Of a DNA stretch of 64,000 nt, positions 1 through 13,497 are shown piece after piece. How positions within the stretch are numbered: the first letter of the stretch is position 1; each line of letters starts with the position of its first letter. The translations under genes and the position numbers were made by a program. The notes under the pieces were generated by a model. That model searched no databases and had not been told where the DNA came from. It was given only the letters and a program-made list of their open reading frames with translations. The stretch comes from Microbotryum violaceum (Eukaryota): assembly GCA_001244265.2 (NCBI GenBank), contig CDLV01000009.1, forward strand, positions 248,001 through 312,000, read 5' to 3'.

Positions 1-39
1 AGACCTTCGGCGCCTTCCGACAACTTTTTCGAGCGCCTC

Positions 40-2001
40 GTGGCCACGACGCCCAAATCACCGTTGGCGGGAGGTCCGCTTAGCGGCGGCGGCGCAAGTC
101 TGCTCTCGCAATTTGCGCCGCGGCCGAGCAACCTCTCTTCGGGTGGACCGCCTCCTGCCGTAGCTGCCCTCACCCCTCGCCTCATGGACCAACTGCCGAT
201 TGATTTGCGAGAGGAGCTACCCAAGGTGATCGAAGAACCGGAGAAGGAGGCATTCAAAGACGAGAGAAAGCCGGTGCCTCAAGTTTGGAAGCCGTCCGCA
301 CTGAGTCCCAGTGGCTTTTCGGACGACGAGTCGCTGCCCTCGCCTTCGTTCTCGCCCTTGATCGCACCGGCTAGACTCCCGCACTCCCCTTCGACGCCGC
401 TCGTGCCCCTGTCACCTCCGTTTGCCACGACCTCCCTTCCCACTTCGTCTCAAACTGAGAAAGAGGAGACGCCGCCGCCGCAGTCGACGACCGTGCACAA
501 GATTGAACTTCCTCCGCTCAGTCGCCGGAAGAGCTCGACGCACGAGAATAGCTCGAACGATCTGACTCTGGTGTCCGAGGACAAGGACAAAAGCGACAGT
601 GAAAGAGGCAGCCCCCCGATCGGATTGACCGAGAAGCCAAAACGGCGCAAACGCGGCGCGAGGAAGAGCAAATCCACCCGCCTGGCCGGCGACATATCAC
701 CGTCGATGGAATCGATCCACACGCCAGGGTCCCCGACGGGGCGGCTTGCCGCACACGAGCACCAGGATCGGGTTTTACAGGACCTCGCTTCGGCATCGCA
801 GAACCTGGCCCGCGAGCTCAGCAAAACGCCACGCTCCCATTCGACCCACGACCATCGATCGTTGCGGCATAGGTCGAGTTACCAGACTTCGTCGTCGGCC
901 GCTTCCGTCCGATCCTCCTCCGCGGCGATCGACATTGTTGATCAGGTCGCAAAAAAGCCAGTCAAGACCGGCGGTGTGTTTGGCCGCTTCAAGACGCTCG
1001 TCACAGAGGGCAACCCCGACCTTCTGGCCTTCAAGCAGCGAGCCGCAGAGCGCGACGCGTCGATCGGAGCTAAAGCCGACACGTACAGTGCCCCGGCCAA
1101 GATGCAAGGTGCGCCACGTCGACACGAGACACCCCTGTCGAGTCGCAGGTCGGTCGGGACGCAATCTTGGAGCTCGACTCGATCGATCGAGGGGGACGAC
1201 GCGGTACGCGGCCGCGTCGGTGCCGCGGGCGAAACAGCCGGGCCTGTGCACTGGTCATCGACTTCGAGTCGTCGGGAGCGTCTGGACAGGCAGCGCCGTC
1301 GGACCGGCGAAGGCGATCTTTCCCCGTCGAGTTCGTCACGCAATGGCACCGCGACGTCGCTGTCTTCCGCGGCCTTCGACTCGCGCAATAACACCCCGCT
1401 GTCCAGTTTCTCCAGCGTCAACAGTGACACGTTCTCGTCGATGCATGCGCACCAAGCAATGCAACCCGTGGCGACTGTGCGAGACTGGCGCATCGCCAGC
1501 CCGCGCTCGACGTCCCGAGAACGACTGGCATGCACCACACGATCCCGAGCACCCACGCTCGAATCGGTGCGCAAGAGCATCAAAGACAGCTCCCATTCGC
1601 CCCCAAGGTTGATCTCCGACCCCAAACCAAAGCTGGTCGATGCTGCGACCGACACTTCAGACCTCGTGTCGCCGGTGTTGCCCGCTTCACCCACGCTCTC
1701 TTCGACCTCGACCAGGACCCTCGCTCCACCACCGCCCCCACTCGCTGCACTCCCAATCCCGATCAGCAAAGGCAAGCCCAAGTTGTCCGATCCGATCACT
1801 CGACCTTGGTCTGCAAACGCGATCACCGGGCGAAGCAACTCGGCCTCGACTCCGAGCTTTGTAAACGATCTCACCTCAGCTCTCCCTGTGGCTGTCGTAG
1901 CTCCTCCCGCGCCGCCGCCCGTCAAAGCGCCTAACAAGCTCGCCAAGATGCTCAATTCGATTTCGGTGTTCAACTCAAGGCCCGCATCCGCAGGGGCCTG
2001 A
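40..2001 (+). CDS. Ser/Pro-rich low-complexity hypothetical protein, probably the 3' part of a gene starting left of the window
   Basis: 653-codon uninterrupted ORF with no ATG at its 5' edge; no recognisable domain. Confidence 0.65.
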   Translation: MATTPKSPLAGGPLSGGGASLLSQFAPRPSNLSSGGPPPAVAALTPRLMDQLPIDLREELPKVIEEPEKEAFKDERKPVPQVWKPSALSPSGFSDDESLPSPSFSPLIAPARLPHSPSTPLVPLSPPFATTSLPTSSQTEKEETPPPQSTTVHKIELPPLSRRKSSTHENSSNDLTLVSEDKDKSDSERGSPPIGLTEKPKRRKRGARKSKSTRLAGDISPSMESIHTPGSPTGRLAAHEHQDRVLQDLASASQNLARELSKTPRSHSTHDHRSLRHRSSYQTSSSAASVRSSSAAIDIVDQVAKKPVKTGGVFGRFKTLVTEGNPDLLAFKQRAAERDASIGAKADTYSAPAKMQGAPRRHETPLSSRRSVGTQSWSSTRSIEGDDAVRGRVGAAGETAGPVHWSSTSSRRERLDRQRRRTGEGDLSPSSSSRNGTATSLSSAAFDSRNNTPLSSFSSVNSDTFSSMHAHQAMQPVATVRDWRIASPRSTSRERLACTTRSRAPTLESVRKSIKDSSHSPPRLISDPKPKLVDAATDTSDLVSPVLPASPTLSSTSTRTLAPPPPPLAALPIPISKGKPKLSDPITRPWSANAITGRSNSASTPSFVNDLTSALPVAVVAPPAPPPVKAPNKLAKMLNSISVFNSRPASAGA

Positions 2002-2817
2002 AATCTCTTTCGTCCTTCGTTTCTCGTCGTTCATTCCATCGGTGTACGTGTGCGTATGTGTGTGTGTTCTGTAGACCATCGTGGACACCAAGTGTGCCTT
2101 CTTGAGGAAGACGTCTGTTCTCTGTCCTCTCTTTTTCCTGTCTTGCCCGCCCACTCTCATATTTGTTTGTACTTGTCTCTCCTTTCACCAATATAGCTCG
2201 CACCAGTGAACACTCAATTTTATCCATCGCAATATTCCGAAACGCAAAATGTGATCTACACCCAAAGACGAGGTCTCGCCAAAAAGGAGAATCGAGGACG
2301 AAGTTGTGATGACCAGGACCGGAGTACACCCCCGAAAGCAAAGCCGACCTCAGCGGTAAGAAGCAGATTGTTCGTGGATAAGGGTGACATAAACGTGCAA
2401 GGGTGAAACGAAACCGGGTCGCCGCGTCGCGTCGCGCTTGCTAGTTGAGGACTCCCGGGGCAGCCTCGCAATGGGGCTAATGACGTAATCTCGCCGTTGC
2501 TAGCTCCTGACGGAAGGGTGGGCTGTCCTCCTAGGCATTGAGGGTGCTGGTTTTGTGTAGCTTTGGGCATTCTCGGTTGTTGAACCCCTCACGTCAGGCC
2601 GGTCGATCGAGTTCCGGTGCCCTCTAATGTGCTGCACCAAGACAAAAGTGAGGAAAATCCATACCGCACTCAGGAGTTTGACTTGGGTAATGATCGAGAG
2701 GAGGTGGAAGCCACCGTCAGCCGCATGGTTAAAGTTGCGCAACTCCTCCCTTCGTGCTAGTACACTGCGAAGGATCTCATACAATAAAACACCGCTACGA
2801 GAATCTGCCATCTGACC

Positions 2818-3257
2818 ATGCTCACGCCCAGTACAGTCCGCTCAATTGTGCTAGGAGCTCGTCTTCGACAGTCTCGACTTGCGAAGGTGGGCGCTGCTCG
2901 GCCATGTGAAGCTCAGTGTCTCGGAGTGCTAAGCAAGTGGAAGTCTTTCAGTCTACTCCTCGTTACCTCAGCACCTTCAGCACCGTGCGTTATGGCATGC
3001 ACAACCACCAAGGTAGCTACAGCTCAACTCCAAAGGGCAGCTACCCGGCAATGACGGGTGAGCCGGTCAATGCTGAACGAGGTGCTTGGCGCTCGCCGAT
3101 CTACTGGCTCGTGTTCGCTCTGCCTCTTTGTGTGTTCGGCTTCAAGATGGCCAAATATCGTAAACCTGCTACGTCAGCAATGCAAGGGATGATGGACTCG
3201 GCCGCACCCCAAACGATCGCAACCAAGGATGCCGCCGATCTGGCTTACCACTCCTAG
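2818..3257 (+). CDS. Possible small membrane protein; 5' structure unresolved
   Basis: ORF 2916-3257 contains one hydrophobic segment (IYWLVFALPLCVFGF) followed by basic residues; an upstream ATG lies at 2818 in another frame. Confidence 0.3.
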
Positions 3258-3859
3258 AGGTCGTACGTCGCCTCTCGTGACCGCAAGCAGGCGGCGCGAG
3301 AGATGCTCCAGGGCAAGGAGAAGATCAGCAAGGTATCAGGGTAACAACGAATGGAGCAGTGCTTTGGATCGGGTAGATGTAGCGCAGACTGCAACGCAAG
3401 TGAATTTGAGTGAGGGGCTCCATTCCGACGTCAAACGTGGAGGGCCGCCTGGTCTCGCGATGTACATGTCATCGAGTAGTAAGGAGCACGGTTTGTAGCC
3501 TGAGCAACGCAGCGCCTCTACTTCTTGTGGTATCTTCGTATATCAGCCTGTGCACCCGGCCGAGTAATTAATCGACCTAGACGACTTGTTGTACAAGAAT
3601 CATTCGTCTGCCACCATGGGTGAAACCAAACCCAATATTAGTTCCTTCGATTAGATTTTCCACCTCACCTCCCATTGAACCTGGTCACCCCACAAATCCC
3701 GATCGCAGTCATGGACCGGGCCGGTGCTCCGAGGTGCTCCGTCTCGCTCCGCCTAACGTCCCCTGTCAACGCTGTCATCTCTGAGCTGGCGAGCGGGTCC
3801 TCCTTCCGCCTCCGCGTCACGACCCTCGCATCCCCCTGACACTTGTAGCGATCCTAGAA

Positions 3860-5380
3860 ATGGTAAGCTAGTGATCCCAACCACCGCACGATCGACCTCA
3901 CGGCACTGACAGGTGGCCCACGTGTGCTCTTCGTTGTTGCTTCGCAGCCCAAGGCACGATCCAAGTCGTTGTCATGCTTGTTCGCCATCAACAAGCCCTC
4001 GGGCCAAGTCTCGATGCAAGTGAGTCAATTTCTACACCTTTTCTCCCGCGTACACGCGCTGCTAAGGCTATCTTGGTTATTGCTGTAGCTATTGAACCAG
4101 CTCCAACCGCTGTTCGCAAGCTCGTCGCTCTTCAAGCCCGGTCTGGCTTCGACACCGCATCCCAATGACAAGACCAAGCGACGCAAGTGGAAGCAAGAGA
4201 GGGTCAAGATGGGTCAGGGAGGAACACTCGACCCCCTTGCGGATGGTGTACTCGGTAAAGCGATATCGAATCTAGCCCCGTCAGGCCCCTTGCGATTGAC
4301 TGATTCTGTACTTTCAATCCGTCTCGACAGTGATCGGTGTCAACGATGCGACCAAACAACTGTCCAAGTTCTTGGACTGTACCAAAGAGTATCGCGCCAT
4401 CGGTCTGCTAGGCTGCTCGACCGACAGCTACGACTCCGACGGCAAGCGGGTCAAGCTCGCTTCCTTCGATGGCATCACTCGCGACAAGATCGAGGGCGTG
4501 TTGGGCAAATTCCGAGGCGAGATTGAGCAGATTCCACCGATGCAAGTTTTATCATGAGGCCCATCAACCGAAGGTCTTTCTCTCGAGGCTGACGAGCGCT
4601 CGTGACAAGTCGATCGCAGATTCTCGGCACTCAAGATGGACGGCAAGCCGCTGTACGAGTACGCTCGGACCAACACCCCTTTACCTAGACCGATAGCCGC
4701 GAGAAAGACGACGATTCACGCCTTGCAGCTGCTCAACTTCACACCCGGTAATCAGCATTCGTACGAGTACCCCGCCGAGGAGCTGGACGAGCAAGCCAAG
4801 CTCGAACTCGGTCGACTGGAGAAGATGGTTTCGGAAGGGTCGACAATCGTACCCTCTGAGCCAGCAGAGCCGCCTACTGCTACTCCATTTCAGCCGGAAC
4901 CCGGTTCTCCTTTATCCAGTACGTCTTGGTGAAAGAACAGGATCAACGAAAGGTGCTTGAGAGCTTGAGCTCACATCGCTTCGTTTTCCCACCTTCCGGT
5001 GCCTTGCAGCTCGACCACCAACGTTTGAGATTTCACTAACCGTCTCTTCGGGAACTTACGTTCGGTCCATCATCCACGACATCGCAATCGCATTGGGGTC
5101 AAGAGCGCATGTCGTCAAATTGACTCGCACACGTCAAGGCCAATTCGTCCTCGACGTCCCATCTCCGGCCGGCTCTCCCGCTTCCTCGGAAGCGGTAGAA
5201 GGCGAGGCAAGGGTAGTCGAGGAAGGAACCACACTTGGATGCGTTCAGTGGGAAACGTTGGAAGCGGCCATCAAAGCCTTTGATGCGAACAAGCAGGCGG
5301 GGACAAAGCCAGCCCCCGCTTCAGAGGAGGCAGATTATGCAGAGTGGGAGAAGGAGATCCTGAGCAAATGCAAAGAGTAG
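3860..5380 (+). CDS. PUS4: tRNA pseudouridine(55) synthase, TruB/Pus4 family (multi-exon)
   Basis: ATG 3860 followed by GTAAGC donor; exons encode LFAINKPSG, MGQGGTLDPLADGVL, TKEYRAIGLLGCSTDSYD, FSALKMDGKPLYEYAR, VSSGTYVRSIIHD, LTRTRQG. Confidence 0.95.
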
Positions 5381-5598
5381 CTTTTCCGCTCGCCTGTCGG
5401 ATGTCGCTGTTTGAGTAATGAGAAGGACTGCGTGTATGTGGATTCGCACTGTGAGACTGCAACAAGCACTATATCATATGGTGGGGTCAGATTATAAAGC
5501 TACAGTGATAAAATATGAAAGCGAGAGTTCGGGGTACTGATAAAATGAAAGAGGGAGCTTGCGATGCGTGTGCAGAAGGGAGGCATGTGGATGGTTGC

Positions 5599-8500
5599 TC
5601 AGACCACTTTGACGCGTACAACACTTCCGCCTTCGGCTGCGGCCTTGCTCCTAAACGCCGAGCAAGCTTCCTTCATCGAAAAAAGTCTACCCAGACGAGG
5701 CATGAGAGAGTTGGCCTCGACGATGGGCCTCAATCGATCGAGCACATCACGCGTTGAATCGCGCTCGTCGAGCTCGAGCGAAGCAAACCAATAGTTGATG
5801 TGTTTCTTGTTCTTCTTGAAGATGTTACGACGGAACGAGCGGACCGATTCTTTGAACTGTGTCGACGAAGTGGGTGCGACAGCGGATGATTCACCGACGG
5901 TCGTCACAAACGAGCCCGAATTGAGAAGCACGCGACGAGCCGCTTCGTAGACTGTGGAAAGGGAGTAAAAGTACCTCAGATATGGTCAGCGACTTGAATC
6001 GGCCAGTGCTATTCTCCAGAAGACTTACTCTTGCTACCACCGATCGTATCAATGACGACATTAAACTCGTTCTCGTGCAAGCGGTTGATCGCCGCAAGGG
6101 GATCATCGAGGAGCACATCCGAGGCTCCGCTTTCTCGGCAAAATACTTGGTCCTCGCGTCGTTCGGGCGGGCATTGTGCGACCAAGTACAGGTCGCGGGC
6201 GGGACGAAGGTGTCGGGCAAGTTGGAGGCAGAGATTACCAACACCGATGTGGGCGCCGAGGACGAGGATCTTGGCGCCGGCTGGAACAGTGGAGCAAAGC
6301 ACCTCCATCACCTGGAGCGACGCTGCACCCGCAATCGGGAGAGTCGCAATTTGCTCGACGGTCAGATCGCACGACGGAGCCGGTGTCACGAGACTTTTGT
6401 GAATCGTGATCAAATCGGCCAACGCGCCAGACTGTCAAACGAAGGCCAGAGATGCGGTGAGTCACGACGTTGACCAATGGTAACAGCAAACATTGCGTTC
6501 TCACCTTCTTGAGGGGTTGCACGCCCCACACAAGTTCGCCTTGCTTGACCTTGTTAACTTCCAAGCCGGTGTCAACGACCTTACCGTAAAAGCCACGCCC
6601 CGGGATCCAACCAAAGCCCTCCTGTTGACTCGCCGCTTTCTTGGCGCGGTCTACGTCGACGCGCTCGATCGGGACGGCAAAGACTTCGACGAGGACTTCG
6701 TCGGACTTGACCTTCTTGGGAAGCGGTTGCATGGACGAGACGGTCAGATCGCGCAGTGGGTCAAACTTTCTTGGGGAAGCGGTCGAAGCAAGGGGAGGTG
6801 CGGCCTTTTTGAACAGGGACCACCCGCTGCCGCTCGAGGCAAAGGTCTTGGGCTGCGCACCTAAGGCTGCAATGGCCGAAACCGAGACGGCGGTCATGAG
6901 CGAGGTCGTCTGTTGAGTTGCCGTAAAGTCGATAGGATCCGCGACGAGCGACTCTCGATTCCGCGCCGCAATGATATCGTGGCGAGGGTTCTTGGGAGGG
7001 CGCGAGTGTGCGCCGGCGACTGGCATACTCATGGCGGAGAAGCCAGAGATGGATCGAGCATCGCTTTCGTCATCGGAACCAGCGTCCGAATAGCTCGAGA
7101 CGGCTTGGAGCACGTCGCGCGGGCTTTCCGACGACGACTCCAGCAGGAACGGGAAAGGAAGGGGCGTAAATTGTATCTGCGCGCTGTTGTCCGAGTTGCG
7201 CCTTGTCAACGACATTGTACGCTGCGGGGCGGTTTCGGATCTGGCCGCGTCGGAAGCCCCAGCAGGGGCCGATTGCGACAGTGACACCGATCGATCGAGA
7301 GTCGTGCGCTTGGCGCGAGGGGCAGACTCAGCCCCGCGGAGCGGTGTCGAGGGCGAGCTAGGAGCTGACGAACCCAGCGTCGGGGCAGTCGACGCGGCAT
7401 CCTCTTGCTTACAGGTAGGACGAGGTGCCTGGCGCGCAGACCCATCATAGTAGATCGGGTTCGGTAAAAATAGGCTGTCGGGTCTCGGAGCGAGCACGTG
7501 GTGGGGCAGAATCGCGGGCGGAGGTGGTGTTGGCGCCACGGCGGCTGGTTGTGGCTCGGGGTTTCTCGGCTTGCCGGTGCTCCGCTCCTTGGCCCAGGTG
7601 GGGACTCTTCGGGATGGCGAGCTGAGCGAGCGTGCGTTCCTTGATGCTGGCATTGGTAAAGCTGCGAGGGCAAGAGCACCGGCTGGAAGGGCGGGCGTGT
7701 GATCTTCGTCCTCGCGCTCCTCAGGCATTGGCGCCATGATTGACTTTGGCCGTCGAAGGTTCCCCGCACTCGCTGGACGACGCATGTCCTGGCTCGTGCT
7801 CGCTCGACTCTGTTGCTGCTGCTCAACGTGGTGCTTGACCGTCCAGTGCGGTTCCAGCGTCTTGACCTTGAGCTTGGGGAGCTCGACCAGCGGGGCGATG
7901 GGTTCGCCGAGCGCCTTGATGCGCTTCATCCATTGCGGTTGGTCTTGCGCAGCCGTCGTCGTCGTTGTCGTCGAGGCCTTCAGGTCCTCGATCGGCCCGA
8001 CGGATGCGGTTCGAGAGGATCGTTTCGAACGGGGACTGTCGGATCCGAGCGAGGGGCCACTCATCACCGGCCTGGACACGGACTCGGGCGAAGACTTGCG
8101 ACTTGCCGTCGAAGACCGGCGCGAGACTTCACCCTCAGTCTTTCGCGGGGACTGCGAATCACATCCCGACAGTTCAATGCTGCCTTGCACCTTGTCAGCA
8201 AGCTGGTCCGATGCGGTGCGAGTCAGCTGGATGCGGGGAACTTCGACAGGTGTGATCGGCGTCGTGGGTGTAGCCTCGTTGAGGGCAATCTCATGCGCGT
8301 CAGCGTCTTTGGCCAAGGAAAACTTGGTGACGATGCGCGGTATGTCGCCCGGCCCGGCTTTTTTCTTCTCGGCCGCAAGGGGGATATCATCGGTGTAGGT
8401 TGACACCGGTTCGTTTTCCGGTGTCAGAGGTTCCGAACTGGCAGCTGTGGTCGTTGTCGAAAGCGAAGGTGTCCTCGAGTCCTGTCGATGCAGCACTCGC

Positions 8501-9861
8501 AGCCTTGTCGTCAGCTAAAGTCGCCCAAACCGAGAAAGCCACGATGCCACACTTACATCGGACGCATTTCCATCGAATGCGGCCAACGACGTGCCCTCCT
8601 TTGACGGCTTCGCCTCGTTTTCCACTTTACGCCCGTGCTCGATCTGCTCTTCCTCGAGCACCTTCATGGGTGCCGTCGCTTCCTTCTTCGCCGCCGCAGT
8701 GGCCTTTTGCTTGACAGCCTCGGCCGTCGTCGGTTCCTCCTCCAGCTCGACGACGCTGTCCAAGGGCAGCCCGGCTCGCTTGACGGCCTCCTCGATGAGC
8801 GTGTTGCGCTGGGTGTGCTTCTTGCGCTTCTCCTTCTTCAGCGCATCTTTGCTCAGGGAGGGCGGCGGAAGGAGGAGGTCGGGCGAGCCCAGCATGGGCG
8901 AACTGGTAGGATACGCCGGGGTGAGGGATCCACGGCTCGACCCGGTAGAAGAAGTCGTCGAATAAAGCGAAGGGGTGCGATCGGTACCGGTCAGGGAAGG
9001 GGCATACGATGACGAGAGCGTCGGAGTTGATTTCTTGTTCCTTTGCGAGGAAGGTTTCTTACGCGTGTATTCGGTCGTCGTCACAACCTGATAGCCACTC
9101 GTCGTGACCGTTGTCGTTCCCGATGCGCTCGAATACTTGCGCGAGGTTTTCAAGGTCGAAGGATCGGGGCCAGACATGGACCGGGATCGCGAAGGTGCCG
9201 ACCCGTTACGGTAATAGTCCGAGGCCGTCGAGGACGCAATCGAAGCCGTGTCGCTGGCCTCGTGGCGTTTCAGCGATGGAGTATTGGCAACATCGGTGTA
9301 CCTCCGGCTCGTGCGTTTCGTGACGCCCGGTACTTTGAGTGTCAGTGAGCCATTGAGTTGATCGCGTGTCCACGCCGACGAGACCGAGGCCGCGCTCCGC
9401 AACGACGAGTGGCTCTTGGCGCTGCGTAGGCTCCTCCCATCGTCCTCGTAGTTAGAATACACACTATCGGCACGGATCGAGTCTGCGTCGCTCGCTGTGG
9501 CCCCTACGCGGCGCGCAACGGCGCGAGGGACGGATCTTTTCACGTCGAGCTGAGACCCAACGTCACTCGGGTGCAGACTTGAGCCCACCCCAGCCGAGCC
9601 CTTGCGCGATCCGTACATGTCCCAGCTCCACTGCTGCCCTTGTGCGCCATAATGCGCGTCGTCCCCATTGACGGACGAGGCGTGCGAGTAGGACGAGCGG
9701 ATTGAGCCCGCCGCGCCTTGTCGGAGCGAAGGGGCGCGCGACGACGATCCTGCTCCTCCTCGCGCGGTCGGGAGCGGTGGTGCCTGGTCATACGCACTCG
9801 GGCCTGCAGCTTGATACGACTGCGATGGCTTGCGTAGCAGTGTCTGAAAGAAGGAAGGCAT
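5599..9861 (-). CDS. Large protein: long low-complexity N-terminus plus C-terminal MDR (Zn-ADH/quinone-reductase-like) domain
   Basis: ORFs 8515-9978 and 6235-8496 are joined by an intron at about 8482-8556 (GTAAGT donor, GCTGAC branch, CAG acceptor); C-terminal motifs DEVLVEVFAV, WIPGRGFYGKVV, KILVLGAHIGVG, VVIDTIGG, LRPIVE. Confidence 0.75.
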
Positions 9862-10496
9862 GATGGGTTGATCCCAGGCTCGGCCCTTCGAAAACAGATA
9901 GGGGCAGTGGACGATCGTCGGTCGCCGACTCGCCGTCGACGACCTGCCTTCGGCCCCGCGGGTAGGCGCGTAGATCAAGGTCTAGACGACGATCAAGTGG
10001 CAGAGGCCTGGGTCCTCAACTGCGAGAGTGGACGCCAAGAGCGTCAATGGGAGGGATATCAAAGCAGGTGACCAAAAGTAGAGCAAAGATGCTGCTCGAG
10101 ATCGTACCCGAGTCGTAAAGAGGTAAATTAAGCGTCGATCGGTCGAATGCCAGTCGGTCGCACGGACGCACGCGCAGACAAGAGTTCGAACGTAGCCGGG
10201 GGCGGTGTCGTGTGGGTTCGGATGGATCCGCTCAGTAGCGGTCTTGTCAGCGTCGCTGTCGAAGGACCACGGGATCTCGTGCGATGGGTGTGAGCGAATG
10301 CTGCGATACGAGGTACAAGAACAAAGCACAACGTGGAAACGGGCGGAAAGGAGGGGGGTGGAAAGGAGAGGAGGATCTGGGGGGACCGCAGCTTCGACGG
10401 GGGTAGCGGAGTGAAATGATTCGAGTTGTTGCGCGCCAATCGCAGGTCTGTCCGAGTAAATGGATCGGCGCGGTCGTCGACGATGACACGCGGAAC

Positions 10497-10564
10497 TTCT
10501 CATTTTGAAAGCTTTCTCATTTTGAAAGCTTTCTCATTTTGAAAGCTTTCTCATTTTGAAAGCT
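10497..10564. repeat. Perfect tandem repeat, 4 x 17 bp (TTCTCATTTTGAAAGCT)
   Basis: Read directly; unit junctions form the palindrome GAAAGCTTTC. Confidence 0.95.
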
Positions 10565-11586
10565 TGGGGTAGGTCACCGTTGCGGTAGCATAAAGCCGAC
10601 ATTTGCAATCGATCAGCAACTCGCGGGGCCGAGAGAGCGATGACGTCGAAGCGCGATCAATTCCACGATCGCCGAGGACTCAGGGCACCCCGCCACCTCC
10701 GGTACCTGACGCCGAGGCGGAGTAAACTAACAGCAGGGCGAGGACCACAATCCGTCACCGAGGAGTAACCAGCGGGATAGTAGTAGGCGGTCTGAAGAGT
10801 CAGGGTACTGGAGCTTCTTTACAACTTGAATGAGTGAGAATACGTACGTGCCCGCCGGAGACAATGAATCGAAAAAAATCCCGGGCGAGGGCTAAATAGT
10901 CATAAGAAATCGGATCAGGTTAATAATCTGTAGAATCCTATACAACACTCGGGAAATAACTGCAAACGGGTGCACAGCGATGCACCCGTATTCACCGCCG
11001 TGCACTCTCGGCGCCTCGAGCTCGTCTACAAACTTCATTATACCATGATTGGGATCACCGTGGATCGAGCGCGAGCGGGATGCACCGTATTGACAGTGCA
11101 TGACAGTACACCGTGCAATTCAATGGGATGACCCATGAGACCCCACCCGACGACTTGAGCCGCCTACGCCGATGAAGCAAATGAAGAGCTGAGTGTCCAA
11201 CGAGAGGATGTCGCGAAGCGCCGGCTCGGGCGATTGCAACTTGGTGCAGTGTGAAGCGCTTGCTACTGACGAGTGCTATTCACCGCTCGTGCTGAATGAG
11301 GAACGGAGAAAACAAAGAAAACTGGAGAAAACCCCACGGTCCGGGTCAGAGTCACGCAGTGATCAGCGGGGAGAGAGAGCCAGGCCACCGGAAGCTCGAT
11401 CGGCACCTGCCAGTTTGGTGCACTGACATGGAGATGACGAGGATGTCACCACGCCAAACGCTGGACTCCGCGCGCCTCCGCCTTTCCAGCGCAACCGGCG
11501 CCGCCCTTCTTGCCTCGTGCTGTACATGTGCCCCTGTCTTTTTTCGTCTCCTACGCTAGGCTCTCGCCGCTTGGACTCTCGCTATC

Positions 11587-11913
11587 TGTTACTACATTCG
11601 GTCATCAAGCACGGCCTTCTCAAGCATCGCCTCCTCAAGACCTCTCCTGCTTTCCACCGCCTCGTCTGACCTAGCTAGCTCCCCAGTTTCGTAGCTCGGT
11701 TCTCTCTTCCCTTTCTGTAACCCGGATCTCGTTAAAGGTCACATCCGTGCTTTCGTACATCGTCCTCGTCTCTCTAGAACACCCTAGAACATCTCTCGAC
11801 TCGTCCCTCGTCTCCCCTCCTATTTTTGTTCTTCGTGATACTGGCTGGGTAACTTGAAGGGTGACCTTCCCACATTGGCTCTGCTTTATTCGCACCGGGC
11901 CTGACTAGTTACA
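11587..11913. mobile_element. Candidate solo LTR relic
   Basis: 327 bp bounded by TGTTACTAC...CTAGTTACA (imperfect inverted TG..CA ends), CT-rich, AATAAA on the minus strand; no TSD seen. Confidence 0.3.
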
Positions 11914-12009
11914 ATCGCCCTCGGGTGTATTTTGCATCATGAAGGTAGGTTATTGGTACAGCCGCTATTACTTGCTCCGATTTGTCAAATGGGCCCTGAT
12001 GTCACTTGA

Positions 12010-13497
12010 TCAACTCATCTCGACCTCGGGTACCTCGGACGTGACGGGTGCCGCAGTTTCAGGCTTAGCCTTTCAAGCGGGGTGAAGCGAGGTTAGCAAA
12101 CGAAAAGAGACATCCCGAGTGTCCATCTCGGAACCACGGACTGACCTGGCCAGAGGGCTCGGAGTTGGCTTGCTTGAGGTACGAGTCCAATTCTCGGTCG
12201 AGGTCGTCGGCGGTCTTGGGTTCCTTCCTCGGTGATCGCGACCCTCCGCTGCCCGACCCTCCACCTCGACCACCTCTTGTTGCGCCGACAACTCGTACGC
12301 CACGCGATGACCCGTTGGATGCTCTGTCGTCCCTATACGACGAGGAATGTGCCCCTGAGCCGCGTGCGTACCGGCCCGACGGTTGGTCGCTACGAGCTGC
12401 GGGAGGGGCATAGCGCTCCATGTCGCCCTTGGATCGCCTCCCTTTGTCACTGGGCATAGGGAAGGAGTGCAAATCAAGATATTTTGGTGTTTGATTAGCT
12501 CGATGGTTCCCCACAGGAGCCTGCATTGCGACAGTGACTCACTCGTCGATACGAGCCAGCAATGTGCCCGGTGCGGCCTGACCACGCGTGTAGGTGTTGT
12601 CGAGAAAGTAGTCATATTCGAGACGAATCTTTTCACCTGGGAAAACGCAAGATCTTTCAAGCTTGAGCATCTTTGACCTGTCCAGCGCAGGTAGCGTGAT
12701 GGACAAACCTTTGCAGAGCGCGCCTTGGAACGCGTGCATGGCTTCCTCGGCATTTCTCTCGTCCGAGTATGTAACAAAAGCCCTTCCGGTCGATCGACCT
12801 GAAGCGTCAAACTGTAACAGCACCGGGTGGCGGGGTTGTAAGCGACGAGTCTGGTGGGCTGAATGGATTCCGTGGACTGCGTCGACGCGTCGAGCTACGA
12901 CTACACGACGGTGCGCTCATAAGACGTACGATGATCTTGGGTCCTATCGAGATGGGTCCGATCTGGGCAAAAAGTGCCTGCGATTGCGGGGAAACACGTC
13001 GATATGGATGGATCAGCACTGCACAAGCTCCCATCTGCCCGGGACTCCAAACGTGAGGGGAGCTCTTGATCGCCTCGATCGGCTCCATTGGAAAAGGGGG
13101 GACGACGCCTACCTTGAGCTCGTCCTCGGAGATGTCGTAGTGGACATTCGTGATCTTGAGCTTAGCCGAAGGTACGCCGTAACCGTGCACCCTGCGCTCG
13201 CCCGCAAAGGAGTCGACGTTGGTGTGAGCGGTCGGGGCCGACTTTCGTTCGTACATGTCGTGCGACCACGCCTCGTCATCCCTCGGTCTCTGCATAGGGT
13301 GAGGGTGGCTGAGCATATCAGTGAATTGATAGCGCGAAGAAGGGAGAGGGGGAAGGAGTACTGACCGCATAGGGGCTGTGACGAGTGCCAGGAGCGGTGT
13401 CGGACCTCCTGGGTCGACTATTGCCGTTGGTGTTGTTGCGCCCACCTTGAGCCTGCTCTTTGACACCCTCGAGCGTGCGTGATAAAAGCGACGACAT
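12010..13497 (-). CDS. RRM mRNA-export adaptor, ALYREF/Yra1/Mlo3-like (multi-exon)
   Basis: RRM motifs KLKITNVHYDISEDELK and FDASGRSTGRAFVTYSD; RGG-rich region; C-terminal KTADDLDRELDSY motif. Confidence 0.8.
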
